Position numbers and translations under genes: made by a program. From a virus (taxonomy: Duplodnaviria > Caudoviricetes): 45,300 nt of DNA. The notes beneath the pieces were generated by a model. That model searched no databases, was not told the origin of the DNA, and saw only the letters and a list, made by a program, of their open reading frames with translations. The stretch's first letter is position 1. The number at the start of each line of letters is the position of its first letter. This document shows positions 8,762-17,222 of the stretch, piece after piece. The stretch lies in IMG/VR virus record IMGVR_UViG_3300030207_002883, positions 1 to 45,300 of that record, one strand, 5' to 3'.

Positions 8762-9919
8762 ATGGCTGGAGAAATCACTCTTCAACAGTTGATGCAGACT
8801 CCCGTAATTACTCGGGTTGTTTCCCGCATCAAAACCCCAATGACCCTGTTTCAGAGCTTTTTTAATATGAAGCCCGGACAGGCAGCTAACCAGAATGTTT
8901 CTGGTCGCTATATCGGTTGGGATATTTTTGACAAGACTCGTCTGATTGCTGAAGGTCGTGCGCCCGGAACTGGGCCATCAACCGTACAGCGTAAAGCAGT
9001 CGGTCATGTCAGTTCGGTAGCTTATCGTTCCTTCGAAAAGATTACTCTTCTTCACGAAGAAATCTTCCGTACTCGTCCACTCGGACAACAGTTCGGTGCA
9101 GTCGATGTGAATGGACAAAACTACATTACTCGTCAACTTGAGTACATGACGCAGCGATTTCGTAACTCTCGTGAGTTTATGATCTCTCGCATGCTTCGTG
9201 GTGGTTTTGGTATTAAACAATCTGGTGAATCTTGGGTTCCAGTTGAAAAAGGTGCAGGTACGTTCGACGTAGATTACAATCTACCCGCAGCTCACCTTAA
9301 TCAGCTCGATCTAGGAACCGGTTCTGATATTATCGATGCTGGATGGCAAACTGCTTCTACTGATGTTATCAAACATATTTTGGGCATCAATAAAGCGTTT
9401 GAACGACTTCATGGTCGTCCACTCCGTCACATTTGGATTAACAGCTCTACTTTCGAGTATCTGTTGAGCAACACTAGCCTGCAAAATGTAGCTGGTACTG
9501 CTTACCGAATCTTTGATTCTCTGACAGCTCGTCAGCAGAGTTCGGAAGAAGGTATTCCAGATAGTGGTTTCGATGTAGTCTTCCGTGGTCTTCCACTTCA
9601 GACCTTCCATATCTACGATGGCGTTTTGAATGTTGATCAGACTGTAGATAGTGACACTGTCGCTAACAGCAGCCTCTTCATCCCAGACAACCACGCTATC
9701 TTCATGCCTGATCCATCTCCAGATTGGATCGGATATGTAAATGCTTCTGAGTTCGTGAAAGAAAACATCATGGACAACGGTAAGCAGGTGTATGGTTTCC
9801 ATAGCTGGTCAACAAATGTAATTGACCCAGCTGGTATGGAACTGAAGATGATCGACAATGGTCTTCCTGTTCTCTATGTACCTAAATGCTTGGCATACGG
9901 TAAAGTAGCGAACTTCTAA
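8762..9919 (+). CDS. major capsid protein (lambda gpE-like)
   Basis: 385 aa; REFMISRMLRG, VDYNLPAAH, W...TDVIKHI and C-terminal DPAG..GLPVLYVP; followed by a strong terminator. Confidence 0.85.
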   Translation: MAGEITLQQLMQTPVITRVVSRIKTPMTLFQSFFNMKPGQAANQNVSGRYIGWDIFDKTRLIAEGRAPGTGPSTVQRKAVGHVSSVAYRSFEKITLLHEEIFRTRPLGQQFGAVDVNGQNYITRQLEYMTQRFRNSREFMISRMLRGGFGIKQSGESWVPVEKGAGTFDVDYNLPAAHLNQLDLGTGSDIIDAGWQTASTDVIKHILGINKAFERLHGRPLRHIWINSSTFEYLLSNTSLQNVAGTAYRIFDSLTARQQSSEEGIPDSGFDVVFRGLPLQTFHIYDGVLNVDQTVDSDTVANSSLFIPDNHAIFMPDPSPDWIGYVNASEFVKENIMDNGKQVYGFHSWSTNVIDPAGMELKMIDNGLPVLYVPKCLAYGKVANF

Positions 9920-9943
9920 GATTAGTCGATCCTAGTAAGCACG

Positions 9944-9982
9944 AACGGGCTATGGGCATTTGGCCTGTAGCCCGTTTTTTTT
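9944..9982 (+). terminator. intrinsic terminator after MCP
   Basis: AACGGGCTATGGG/CCTGTAGCCCGTT stem followed by a T tract. Confidence 0.85.
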
Positions 9983-9993
9983 AGGGAAAGAAA

Positions 9994-10116
9994 ATGTTTT
10001 ATTTTTATATTTATAAACTTTGGGATTTACTCTTTGCTGGCGTTAAAAATATTAAACCGCTATTAGTGAAATTTCTTCTTGGACTCTTTGCGCAGGCTAA
10101 AAGGATGTATGCGTAA
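9994..10116 (+). CDS. small hydrophobic protein (40 aa, not in ORF track)
   Basis: MFYFYIYKLWDLLFAGVKNIKPLLVKFLLGLFAQAKRMYA; stop overlaps the next ATG. Confidence 0.45.
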   Translation: MFYFYIYKLWDLLFAGVKNIKPLLVKFLLGLFAQAKRMYA

Positions 10117-10382
10117 TGAAGAAGCTAAAGAGAAACCTGACAAAGTTAAAACGTGGTTCTAAAAAACCTAAGATGCAACCTAACTCGCATAAAGGGCCAT
10201 GGCACGTTAAACAAGTAGCTTCTGACAATGATGGAATTCCTCCAAAGACAAAACCTTTGGGTCGAAAATTAAAGAAGCGTAAACGTAAACGTCTACATGT
10301 CCCTAAAAATCACGGGCAGGGAGCTATGGGAGATAATTCTACTGGCTCTGGTTTTGGAACATCTCACCCAGTTCAAAAATAA
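10116..10382 (+). CDS. small K/R-rich protein
   Basis: 88 aa with runs such as RKLKKRKRKR. Confidence 0.65.
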   Translation: MKKLKRNLTKLKRGSKKPKMQPNSHKGPWHVKQVASDNDGIPPKTKPLGRKLKKRKRKRLHVPKNHGQGAMGDNSTGSGFGTSHPVQK

Positions 10383-10685
10383 ATGAAAACACTATTTGCT
10401 TTTTTACCTCCATTACTGGCAGCGACTGATAGCATTACCCATTTTGAGTGGGGAACTGTTAGTGCAACAGGTCTTTTAGGTTGGTATCTTTGGTACACAA
10501 CAAAGGTTGTAATGCCTCGACACCAAGATCAAATATCAGATATGCAACAAAGTTTTGCCACACAATTACTCTCCCAGAGAGACCATTACGAGCGATTACT
10601 AGATGATCAGCAAGAAAAGCACGAAGAACGTCATAATAAGATAGTAGATACCTTAGAAACCCTAATAGAAAAGTTAGAGCAGTGA
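10383..10685 (+). CDS. membrane protein with coiled-coil tail (holin-like)
   Basis: Hydrophobic segment GLLGWYLWY followed by a charged helical C-terminus. Confidence 0.6.
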   Translation: MKTLFAFLPPLLAATDSITHFEWGTVSATGLLGWYLWYTTKVVMPRHQDQISDMQQSFATQLLSQRDHYERLLDDQQEKHEERHNKIVDTLETLIEKLEQ

Positions 10686-10810
10686 TTATTAGACAGATAC
10701 GTTACTGTTCCGAATGTAAAAGACACTACGAGGTAAAGTATCAAATAATCAATGACACAATCGTTTACCAGCAAAATTCAGACTCCTGCCCTCACTGTAA
10801 AGAAAATTAA
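10682..10810 (+). CDS. small Zn-ribbon protein (42 aa, not in ORF track)
   Basis: GTG start overlapping the previous TGA; CSEC...CPHC; stop overlaps the next ATG. Confidence 0.55.
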   Translation: MIIRQIRYCSECKRHYEVKYQIINDTIVYQQNSDSCPHCKEN

Positions 10811-11364
10811 TGGCTCAATACGCTCGACCAGATGCAGATGATACAGATGGTAACTGGACTGACAAATCCGGTGGTAGCACGCTGTACACAAGTATTGATG
10901 AAACCAGCGCAGATGACAGCACAACGTACATTAAAGTAACTGACAATGGAAGCAATGAAATATGTATCGTTAGGCTCAGTGATGTAGACACTCCTGACGC
11001 AGGGAATGCTTATATAAGAGTTAAAGCCAAAACTTCAGACAATGCTTGGACAGGAAATCCCCCTGATCTTAAAGTTGAACTTCTAGAAGGGTCTACAAGT
11101 CGAGTATCAAATACTTTCACCTCGGTATCTACCAGTGGTTGGGGGGATTTGTCTTATACCTTTAACGGTCTTGGAGTATCTATAAGTGATTGGTCTAACT
11201 TAAAATTAAGATTAACAATGATGGCAGGAGATGGTGGAGGAATGATGGCTGGTGACGAAATGCATGTCACTATAGCCTATTTAGAGACTCAAGATGCAGC
11301 AAGTGCTTCCGTTCCAATCTCAGCAATAGTTCATAATACATATCAACAATTAAGGACTCCTTAG
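10810..11364 (+). CDS. putative virion structural protein
   Basis: D/T/S-rich, beta-strand-like sequence within the morphogenesis operon. Confidence 0.55.
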   Translation: MAQYARPDADDTDGNWTDKSGGSTLYTSIDETSADDSTTYIKVTDNGSNEICIVRLSDVDTPDAGNAYIRVKAKTSDNAWTGNPPDLKVELLEGSTSRVSNTFTSVSTSGWGDLSYTFNGLGVSISDWSNLKLRLTMMAGDGGGMMAGDEMHVTIAYLETQDAASASVPISAIVHNTYQQLRTP

Positions 11365-11365
11365 A

Positions 11366-13618
11366 ATGTTTCTAAAACAATCTACAGCCTATACATTTCG
11401 TTTTGGGCCATTCCTAGATGATACGGATGGTAAAACAGCAGAGACTGGTTTAACTATCAGCCAAGCAGATATTCGACTCTCTAAAGGTGGAGGCAACTTT
11501 GCCCAGAAGAACGAAAGCTCTTCGTCGTCCCATGATGAGATAGGTTTCTACATTGTTGTTTTAGATGCAACTGATACGAACACATGTGGTGAACTATTAG
11601 TAGCATGTCACGAGTCAGGTGCATTACCTGTATTCAAAACATTTTATGTTCTGGAGGAGGCGATCTATGATGCCATGTTTGGGGCTAGTGCTAATGCTTT
11701 TAACAGCGATGGTCGTGTCGATGTGGCTAGCATCGAGGGTTCTGATGCCACCGATCAAATAAACGCAGCCTGTGATACTGCTTTATCTGATTACGATGCA
11801 CCAACTAAAGCTGAAATGGATTCTGCTTTCAGTACTACCAATGGGAAGATAGATACGGTAGATGACTTCTTAGATACTGAGGTCGCAGCTATTCTGGCAG
11901 ACACTAATGAGCTTCAAGCAGACTGGGCTAATGGTGGGAGATTAGACTTACTCCTTGACTCAGCTATTTCTAAGATTGATGTCATAGATGGAATTGTAGA
12001 CGATATCTTAGTTGACACTGGAACAACATTAGACGGGAAGTTAGATACTATCGATGACTTCCTTGATACTGAAGTTGCAGCAATACTTGCAGATACTAAT
12101 GAACTGCAAGGGGATTGGGCTAATGGCGGTCGTCTTGATCTTCTTCTCGACTCAGTCATTTCTAAAGTTGATGTTATAGATGGAATTGTAGATGACATCT
12201 TAGTTGATACCGGAACTACTATTCCCGCTACTTTAACCACCATTGATGATTTTCTGGATACAGAGGTGGCTGCAATTCTAGCTGATACAAATGAGCTTCA
12301 AGGTGACTGGGCAGACGGGGGTAGATTAGATTTACTTCTTGATTCAGCCATCTCTAAGATCGATGTCGTAGATGGGATTGTTGATAACATTCTTGTAGAT
12401 ACTGCTGAGATAGGAACAGCGGGAGCTGGGTTAACCGCAGTACCTTGGAATAGTAGTTGGGATGCTGAAGTGCAAAGCGAATGTACTGATGCTCTTAATG
12501 CCTACGATCCACCTACGAAAGCTGAAATGGATGCAGCACATTCTACGACAGACGCTCTAATTACTACAGTAGATACTGTGGTAGATGCAATACTTGTCGA
12601 TACAGCAGAGATTGGAGCAGCAGGTGCTGGTCTTACTGCTGTGCCTTGGAACAGCGCATGGGATGCGGAGGTTCAGTCTGAATGTAATGATGCTCTAGTA
12701 GCTATTGGTTTAGATCATCTTGTATCTGCATCTGTAGCTGGTTCAGACGTTGTAGATAACTCTATCATTGCCAAACTGGTTAGCAAAGAATCAACTGCTG
12801 ACTGGGATGATTATGTCAATACAACAGACAGTCTACAGGCTCTTAGAGACAGAGGCGATTCCGCTTGGACAACAGGAGGTGGAGGTTCTGCTCCTACTGT
12901 CGCTGAGATTCGTGCAGAGATGGACAGCAATAGTACTCAACTTGCAGCGATTGTTGCAGATACAAATGAGTTACAAGCTGATTGGACTAATGGAGGAAGA
13001 TTAGACCTTCTTTTAGATTCTGCCATTTCTAAAATTGACGTAATAGACGGAATCGTAGACGACATCTTAGTAGATACTGGAACCACTCTTCCTTCGACCT
13101 TGTCTACTATAGACGGGATTGTAGACTCAATTTTAGTAGATACGGGAACTACTCTCCCAGCAACTTTAGCTACTATAGATGGGATTGTTGATGCTATTCT
13201 GGTAGATACTGGTACAACTCTTCCCGCTACACTAGCAACCATTGACGGTATTGTAGACGACATTTTAGCGGATACAGCAGTCATTGGTGCTAACGGTGCT
13301 GGCCTCTCAGCGATTCCTTGGAATAGTGCTTGGGACTCAGAAGTACAGTCTGAAGTAACTGATGCCTTAAACTCCTACGATCCTCCAACCAAAGCAGAGC
13401 TGGATGCCACATGGACAACAGCTCAAACAGAAAGCTATGCATCTGACGGAGCTGCTGCTACTCCAGCGCAACTGTTGTACATGATCTACTGTTGTGTTAG
13501 CGAATTTGCAGTCTCAGGAACCACTATTACTGGTAAGAAGTTAGATGGCTCTACTACAGCTATGACTTGGACGATCAATGATGGCACTAACCCCACCTCC
13601 AGAACGAGGGCTAGCTAA
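11366..13618 (+). CDS. large acidic repeat protein, putative virion fibre
   Basis: 750 aa, extremely Asp-rich, with three families of internal repeats. Confidence 0.7.
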   Translation: MFLKQSTAYTFRFGPFLDDTDGKTAETGLTISQADIRLSKGGGNFAQKNESSSSSHDEIGFYIVVLDATDTNTCGELLVACHESGALPVFKTFYVLEEAIYDAMFGASANAFNSDGRVDVASIEGSDATDQINAACDTALSDYDAPTKAEMDSAFSTTNGKIDTVDDFLDTEVAAILADTNELQADWANGGRLDLLLDSAISKIDVIDGIVDDILVDTGTTLDGKLDTIDDFLDTEVAAILADTNELQGDWANGGRLDLLLDSVISKVDVIDGIVDDILVDTGTTIPATLTTIDDFLDTEVAAILADTNELQGDWADGGRLDLLLDSAISKIDVVDGIVDNILVDTAEIGTAGAGLTAVPWNSSWDAEVQSECTDALNAYDPPTKAEMDAAHSTTDALITTVDTVVDAILVDTAEIGAAGAGLTAVPWNSAWDAEVQSECNDALVAIGLDHLVSASVAGSDVVDNSIIAKLVSKESTADWDDYVNTTDSLQALRDRGDSAWTTGGGGSAPTVAEIRAEMDSNSTQLAAIVADTNELQADWTNGGRLDLLLDSAISKIDVIDGIVDDILVDTGTTLPSTLSTIDGIVDSILVDTGTTLPATLATIDGIVDAILVDTGTTLPATLATIDGIVDDILADTAVIGANGAGLSAIPWNSAWDSEVQSEVTDALNSYDPPTKAELDATWTTAQTESYASDGAAATPAQLLYMIYCCVSEFAVSGTTITGKKLDGSTTAMTWTINDGTNPTSRTRAS
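11852..12405 (+). repeat. three tandem 192-nt (64-aa) coding repeats
   Basis: DDFLDTEVAAILADTNELQ.DWA.GGRLDLLLDS.ISK.DV.DGIVD.ILVDT starting at 11861, 12053 and 12245. Confidence 0.9.
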
Positions 13619-13851
13619 TGGCTATTAGAGACTTAGTTGTACCTGCATTCCTGCCTACAAGTACTGTAGAGTTTGTAGTTCTGCGGGGAATGTCTGCTAA
13701 TCCTGATGTTACCGGAACTGGTACAGGGGTTGTAACTTTTGAGAGTGAAAGCATAACTCGCCCAAGAATTAAAACTGAATCATTAACCACTTCTAGTCTG
13801 ATTTCTGAGGGGTTCACAGCTCCTCAGTTTAAGTCTGAGACTCTTAAGTAG
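13618..13851 (+). CDS. hypothetical protein (morphogenesis operon)
   Basis: Start overlaps the previous stop. Confidence 0.65.
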   Translation: MAIRDLVVPAFLPTSTVEFVVLRGMSANPDVTGTGTGVVTFESESITRPRIKTESLTTSSLISEGFTAPQFKSETLK

Positions 13852-13860
13852 AGGAAAACA

Positions 13861-14253
13861 ATGTCTAGATCAACTCTTTCCAAAGAAGACAGACGGGTTG
13901 CTGAAGGCTCTTCTGCTCAATATACAGCTACTTTAACTGATGAGGCTGGGGTTGCTCTGGCTTTATCGTCTCTACATACAATCACATTGACGTTGTATGA
14001 CAAAGAATCCGGTACAATTATTAATAGCAGAAATGACCAAGACGTAAAAAACACCAACAATGTAGCTATAACTTCTGGGGGAGTTCTGACTTGGTCAGTT
14101 CAACCTGCGGATAACCCTATTTCAGGGAGTAACATCAGAGTAGGTGGGCATGAGACTCATGTAGCTCTTTTTGAGTACACATGGGATTCTGGAGCATCTG
14201 CTGGAAAACATGAATTAGAGATAGAAGTTCGTCAACTGGATAAGGTGACTTAA
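13861..14253 (+). CDS. putative virion protein (beta-sandwich-like)
   Basis: 130 aa with GAGGA RBS; beta-rich pattern. Confidence 0.6.
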   Translation: MSRSTLSKEDRRVAEGSSAQYTATLTDEAGVALALSSLHTITLTLYDKESGTIINSRNDQDVKNTNNVAITSGGVLTWSVQPADNPISGSNIRVGGHETHVALFEYTWDSGASAGKHELEIEVRQLDKVT

Positions 14254-14756
14254 TGGCTGTAGAAACACTAGCTTATAGATACACTAGCAGAGCTGAAATG
14301 CAACGAGTGCTTGGTGCGTCTGGTATAGATTTACGTTCAGATGATTTAGGTGGTTCTGAAGACAGCACTATGATCGATGAGGTCACAGGCGAAGCTACAG
14401 AAATGATTAACTTTTACGCAGGTCTAAATTACGACGAAAAGGATTTAGAAACCTCTTTCATTGTAAGACGTTGGGCTACATGGATCGCATGTTATCTCCT
14501 CTCCCAGAGAAGGGGTAATCCCTCTTTGTTCTCTGACAAGTACGAAGAGACTATTGCTCTTCTGGAAGAGGTGTACAAGTTTAACAGGATTATTCCTCGA
14601 CTTCCGACGAGAGAAGACCTTACTCCTGCAATGTCTAATGTACATATCGATGATCGTTTCCGAACTCACAAGATTCGAGTTCATCCTACGATCTCTACTG
14701 GTGGTACATACGGTAAACAAGACCTCAGTCCAAGATTTCCATTTGAGTGGCTATGA
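14253..14756 (+). CDS. head-tail adaptor, Mu gp36 (DUF1320)-like
   Basis: YTSRAEM...EATEMINFY...IACYLLSQRR...YEETIALLEEV pattern. Confidence 0.75.
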   Translation: MAVETLAYRYTSRAEMQRVLGASGIDLRSDDLGGSEDSTMIDEVTGEATEMINFYAGLNYDEKDLETSFIVRRWATWIACYLLSQRRGNPSLFSDKYEETIALLEEVYKFNRIIPRLPTREDLTPAMSNVHIDDRFRTHKIRVHPTISTGGTYGKQDLSPRFPFEWL

Positions 14757-15394
14757 AAATTAAAGGTGCTACACTTAGAGGCTTAGTAAAAGATTTACCT
14801 AAGTCACTAGGCCTTAAAAAGAAAACTCCTCAAACTGAAAAGCTGAGAGATGCTTTTTGGGGTCACTTTGCACATGCTTTTTATGAAGAAGCTCACAAAG
14901 CATTCATAACAAAGTCTAAAGGTGGTACTGATGAAAGTGGAATGAAATGGAAACCTTTATCTGAAAAGACAAAACGCAACCGTCTTTCTCAGACAAAAGG
15001 AGGTTTAGGGAAGTTACTTTCTAAACGTAATAGGAAAACCAATCCTGAACGTAAAGGAAAAAAGTATAAGACTAGTGCTTTTGCTCGTCTTGCTGCTGTA
15101 ATGGGAGAAAAAGACGCAAAGAAGATGGTTAGCAGCGGAAACGTCCCTATTTTAATTCGTTCTGGGAGGCTAGTAGAAAGTATTAAACCTGCAAAAATGT
15201 CAGGAAATAGGTACTATAAGAAGAAAGATCAAATATATGAACTGGGGGACGGAAGAGTAAAATTAGGTTCTGAAGTTCCTTATGCAGACAGACAAAATAT
15301 AGATCGTCCTTTGTTTGGTAATGAAGCAGTATTTATTGAAAGGGCTATGGAAAAAGCTACCCAAGCATTGTCCAAACAACTTGGACAACTATAG
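14753..15394 (+). CDS. virion morphogenesis/neck protein, Mu gpG-like
   Basis: G.KWKPLSEKT...ILIRSGRLVESI...LGSEVPYA...RPLFG; ATG 14753 preferred over GTG 14747. Confidence 0.8.
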   Translation: MKIKGATLRGLVKDLPKSLGLKKKTPQTEKLRDAFWGHFAHAFYEEAHKAFITKSKGGTDESGMKWKPLSEKTKRNRLSQTKGGLGKLLSKRNRKTNPERKGKKYKTSAFARLAAVMGEKDAKKMVSSGNVPILIRSGRLVESIKPAKMSGNRYYKKKDQIYELGDGRVKLGSEVPYADRQNIDRPLFGNEAVFIERAMEKATQALSKQLGQL

Positions 15395-15417
15395 GTATTA
15401 ATAACCAGATTTTAATT
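15390..15417 (+). promoter_or_regulatory. copy of dispersed 28-bp motif
   Basis: TATAGGTATTAATAACCAGATTTTAATT spanning the short intergenic gap. Confidence 0.45.
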
Positions 15418-15981
15418 ATGAGCTTAGGAAGATTACTTATCGCAACTCGTGACCATCTTAGGTCTGAATTAGACCTAAAGGACTTAGAGTGCAACGTAAT
15501 GCCCGGGCCTGAACCTCCACCGTCTTGCGGTCAAAGGTTTGTGTCCGTATATGGTTCAAACTGGTCAGCAGTATCTGACGATATTCAAGCAGACTTAGGA
15601 ATTCATGAAAGCTACGACATTGTTTGTGCAGTGACTTTCAGAAGTAGTTATGTTCCTTTTGATAAACTTGGAGAATCTCTTTACACAAAGAGACTCGTAG
15701 GTATTGAAGATTTTTGTAGAAAGGTAATAGGAAAAATTCATAGAAATCAAACCATCTTACAGAAGGTTAATGACATGATTGAAGAAGATCATAGCTCTGC
15801 TTCTGGGGGAATGGTGGAACAACTTAGATGGGTTTCTGCTGACCCTAACCCTTTACCTGTAACTGGTACATGGTTTAACAGTGATGAAACTTCAGCATCT
15901 GGTTTAGTTATGGAATGTAGATTTAACCAAGCAACTAGGTTTAGCTCTTTCTATAACGATGGAATAGGTAATTACACATAA
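15418..15981 (+). CDS. putative tail terminator/completion protein
   Basis: Size and position between neck and tail tube genes. Confidence 0.5.
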   Translation: MSLGRLLIATRDHLRSELDLKDLECNVMPGPEPPPSCGQRFVSVYGSNWSAVSDDIQADLGIHESYDIVCAVTFRSSYVPFDKLGESLYTKRLVGIEDFCRKVIGKIHRNQTILQKVNDMIEEDHSSASGGMVEQLRWVSADPNPLPVTGTWFNSDETSASGLVMECRFNQATRFSSFYNDGIGNYT

Positions 15982-16442
15982 TGCCCATTTACAAGCCTCG
16001 TATTCACATGCATCCTGTTATTTGTAAAAATTCAACATGCAGTGAACGTAAAATATTAAAGCATCTTCCTTTTAAGAATAAAAGGTTGATGAAAGATGTC
16101 TCTACCAAATGTCCAAAATGTAAAAACAATGTATCTCCTTTAGATTTAATTTGTTTACTAAGACCGGATGAAAATGGTGAGATAGATGGTTCAATGGCAG
16201 TCACTAAAATGGGACAAACATTGTTCGAAAATCATCCTATAAAAAGATGGACATTTTTTTGTGCCAGAGCAAGAGAAAACTATTATGTAGGAAACGAGTC
16301 TAGCCCTGACTATCCCGCAATGTTTACGACAAATCCTAATGCAGCGACTTGTTATGAATGTTTAGAGGAATTAGTTAAATACATTGAGAGTGGCGATAAC
16401 CAAGACGAAAAGTTAATGAACTACTTTAAGACAAAGGAATAG
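15981..16442 (+). CDS. Cys-rich putative Zn-binding protein
   Basis: CKNSTC, CPKC and CYEC motifs. Confidence 0.6.
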   Translation: MPIYKPRIHMHPVICKNSTCSERKILKHLPFKNKRLMKDVSTKCPKCKNNVSPLDLICLLRPDENGEIDGSMAVTKMGQTLFENHPIKRWTFFCARARENYYVGNESSPDYPAMFTTNPNAATCYECLEELVKYIESGDNQDEKLMNYFKTKE

Positions 16443-16446
16443 ACAA

Positions 16447-16968
16447 ATGGGTCTAACTTTACAACCAATTTCTGGTGCTTACTACATGACGTATGCTGGA
16501 ACATACGTTGGAGCTACTGAAGACGGATTCGAGATTGAACACAACTATTACTCGGAACCAGTTCGTGGAGACAACTTAGGTGACGCAATTCAAAATGAAA
16601 TTTACCGAGGGGTAGATGTTACTGTTAACACTACTTTAATCGAGTATGGAATAGCTAAACCTGTTACAGCAGATGCTGGAAATGTTTACTGGCCTTCGCA
16701 TGCAACTGAAGGTACTAATGGAGTTATAGGGGATGTTCATACAGATCAAGGGGGTGCTACTGTACTAACTAGAGCTGATGCTAACACCGCAGCTACTCCT
16801 GCGACTATGACATTTGCAGAAACTCGATTAGCAACAAATTTTCCTGTTAGAATTCAACTTGCTAACAGGTTAAAAAGAATACCGATAAGACTTCAGGTAT
16901 ACCCTCACAATGCAGCAGGGGCAGGATTTACAGCCTCTTACAATGCCAGCACAGTATGGTATAGCTAG
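16447..16968 (+). CDS. major tail tube protein (siphovirus type)
   Basis: YVGATEDGFEIEH...V.V.TTLIE pattern typical of tail tube proteins; 173 aa. Confidence 0.75.
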   Translation: MGLTLQPISGAYYMTYAGTYVGATEDGFEIEHNYYSEPVRGDNLGDAIQNEIYRGVDVTVNTTLIEYGIAKPVTADAGNVYWPSHATEGTNGVIGDVHTDQGGATVLTRADANTAATPATMTFAETRLATNFPVRIQLANRLKRIPIRLQVYPHNAAGAGFTASYNASTVWYS

Positions 16969-16973
16969 TTGAG

Positions 16974-17222
16974 ATGTCTTACGGTAGGTTTGACAATCGA
17001 ATCTCTTGGCTCTTCGCTAGAGGCCCACGTTCTGATGAAGAGGTAGCAGAGCTGGATGCTCATATAGCTGAAGAGGCTGAGAGAATTCGTAATTCTTGGT
17101 CGGATAAAGAAATGGAGAGTCGTGCTGCGAGGGCAGGCTCTCCATTTCGTAAAAACTTTGAAGTTCCCGTAATCCCGTCAGTCACTGGCCCAGTAATTAG
17201 AACGGAAATAGACGATGGCTAA
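16974..17222 (+). CDS. hypothetical protein
   Basis: 82-aa ORF between tail tube and tape measure genes. Confidence 0.6.
   Translation: MSYGRFDNRISWLFARGPRSDEEVAELDAHIAEEAERIRNSWSDKEMESRAARAGSPFRKNFEVPVIPSVTGPVIRTEIDDG

Noticed and set aside
11366-13618. Diversity-generating retroelement template/variable repeats
   Set aside because: No reverse transcriptase is present, and the repeat differences are mostly synonymous rather than adenine-specific.
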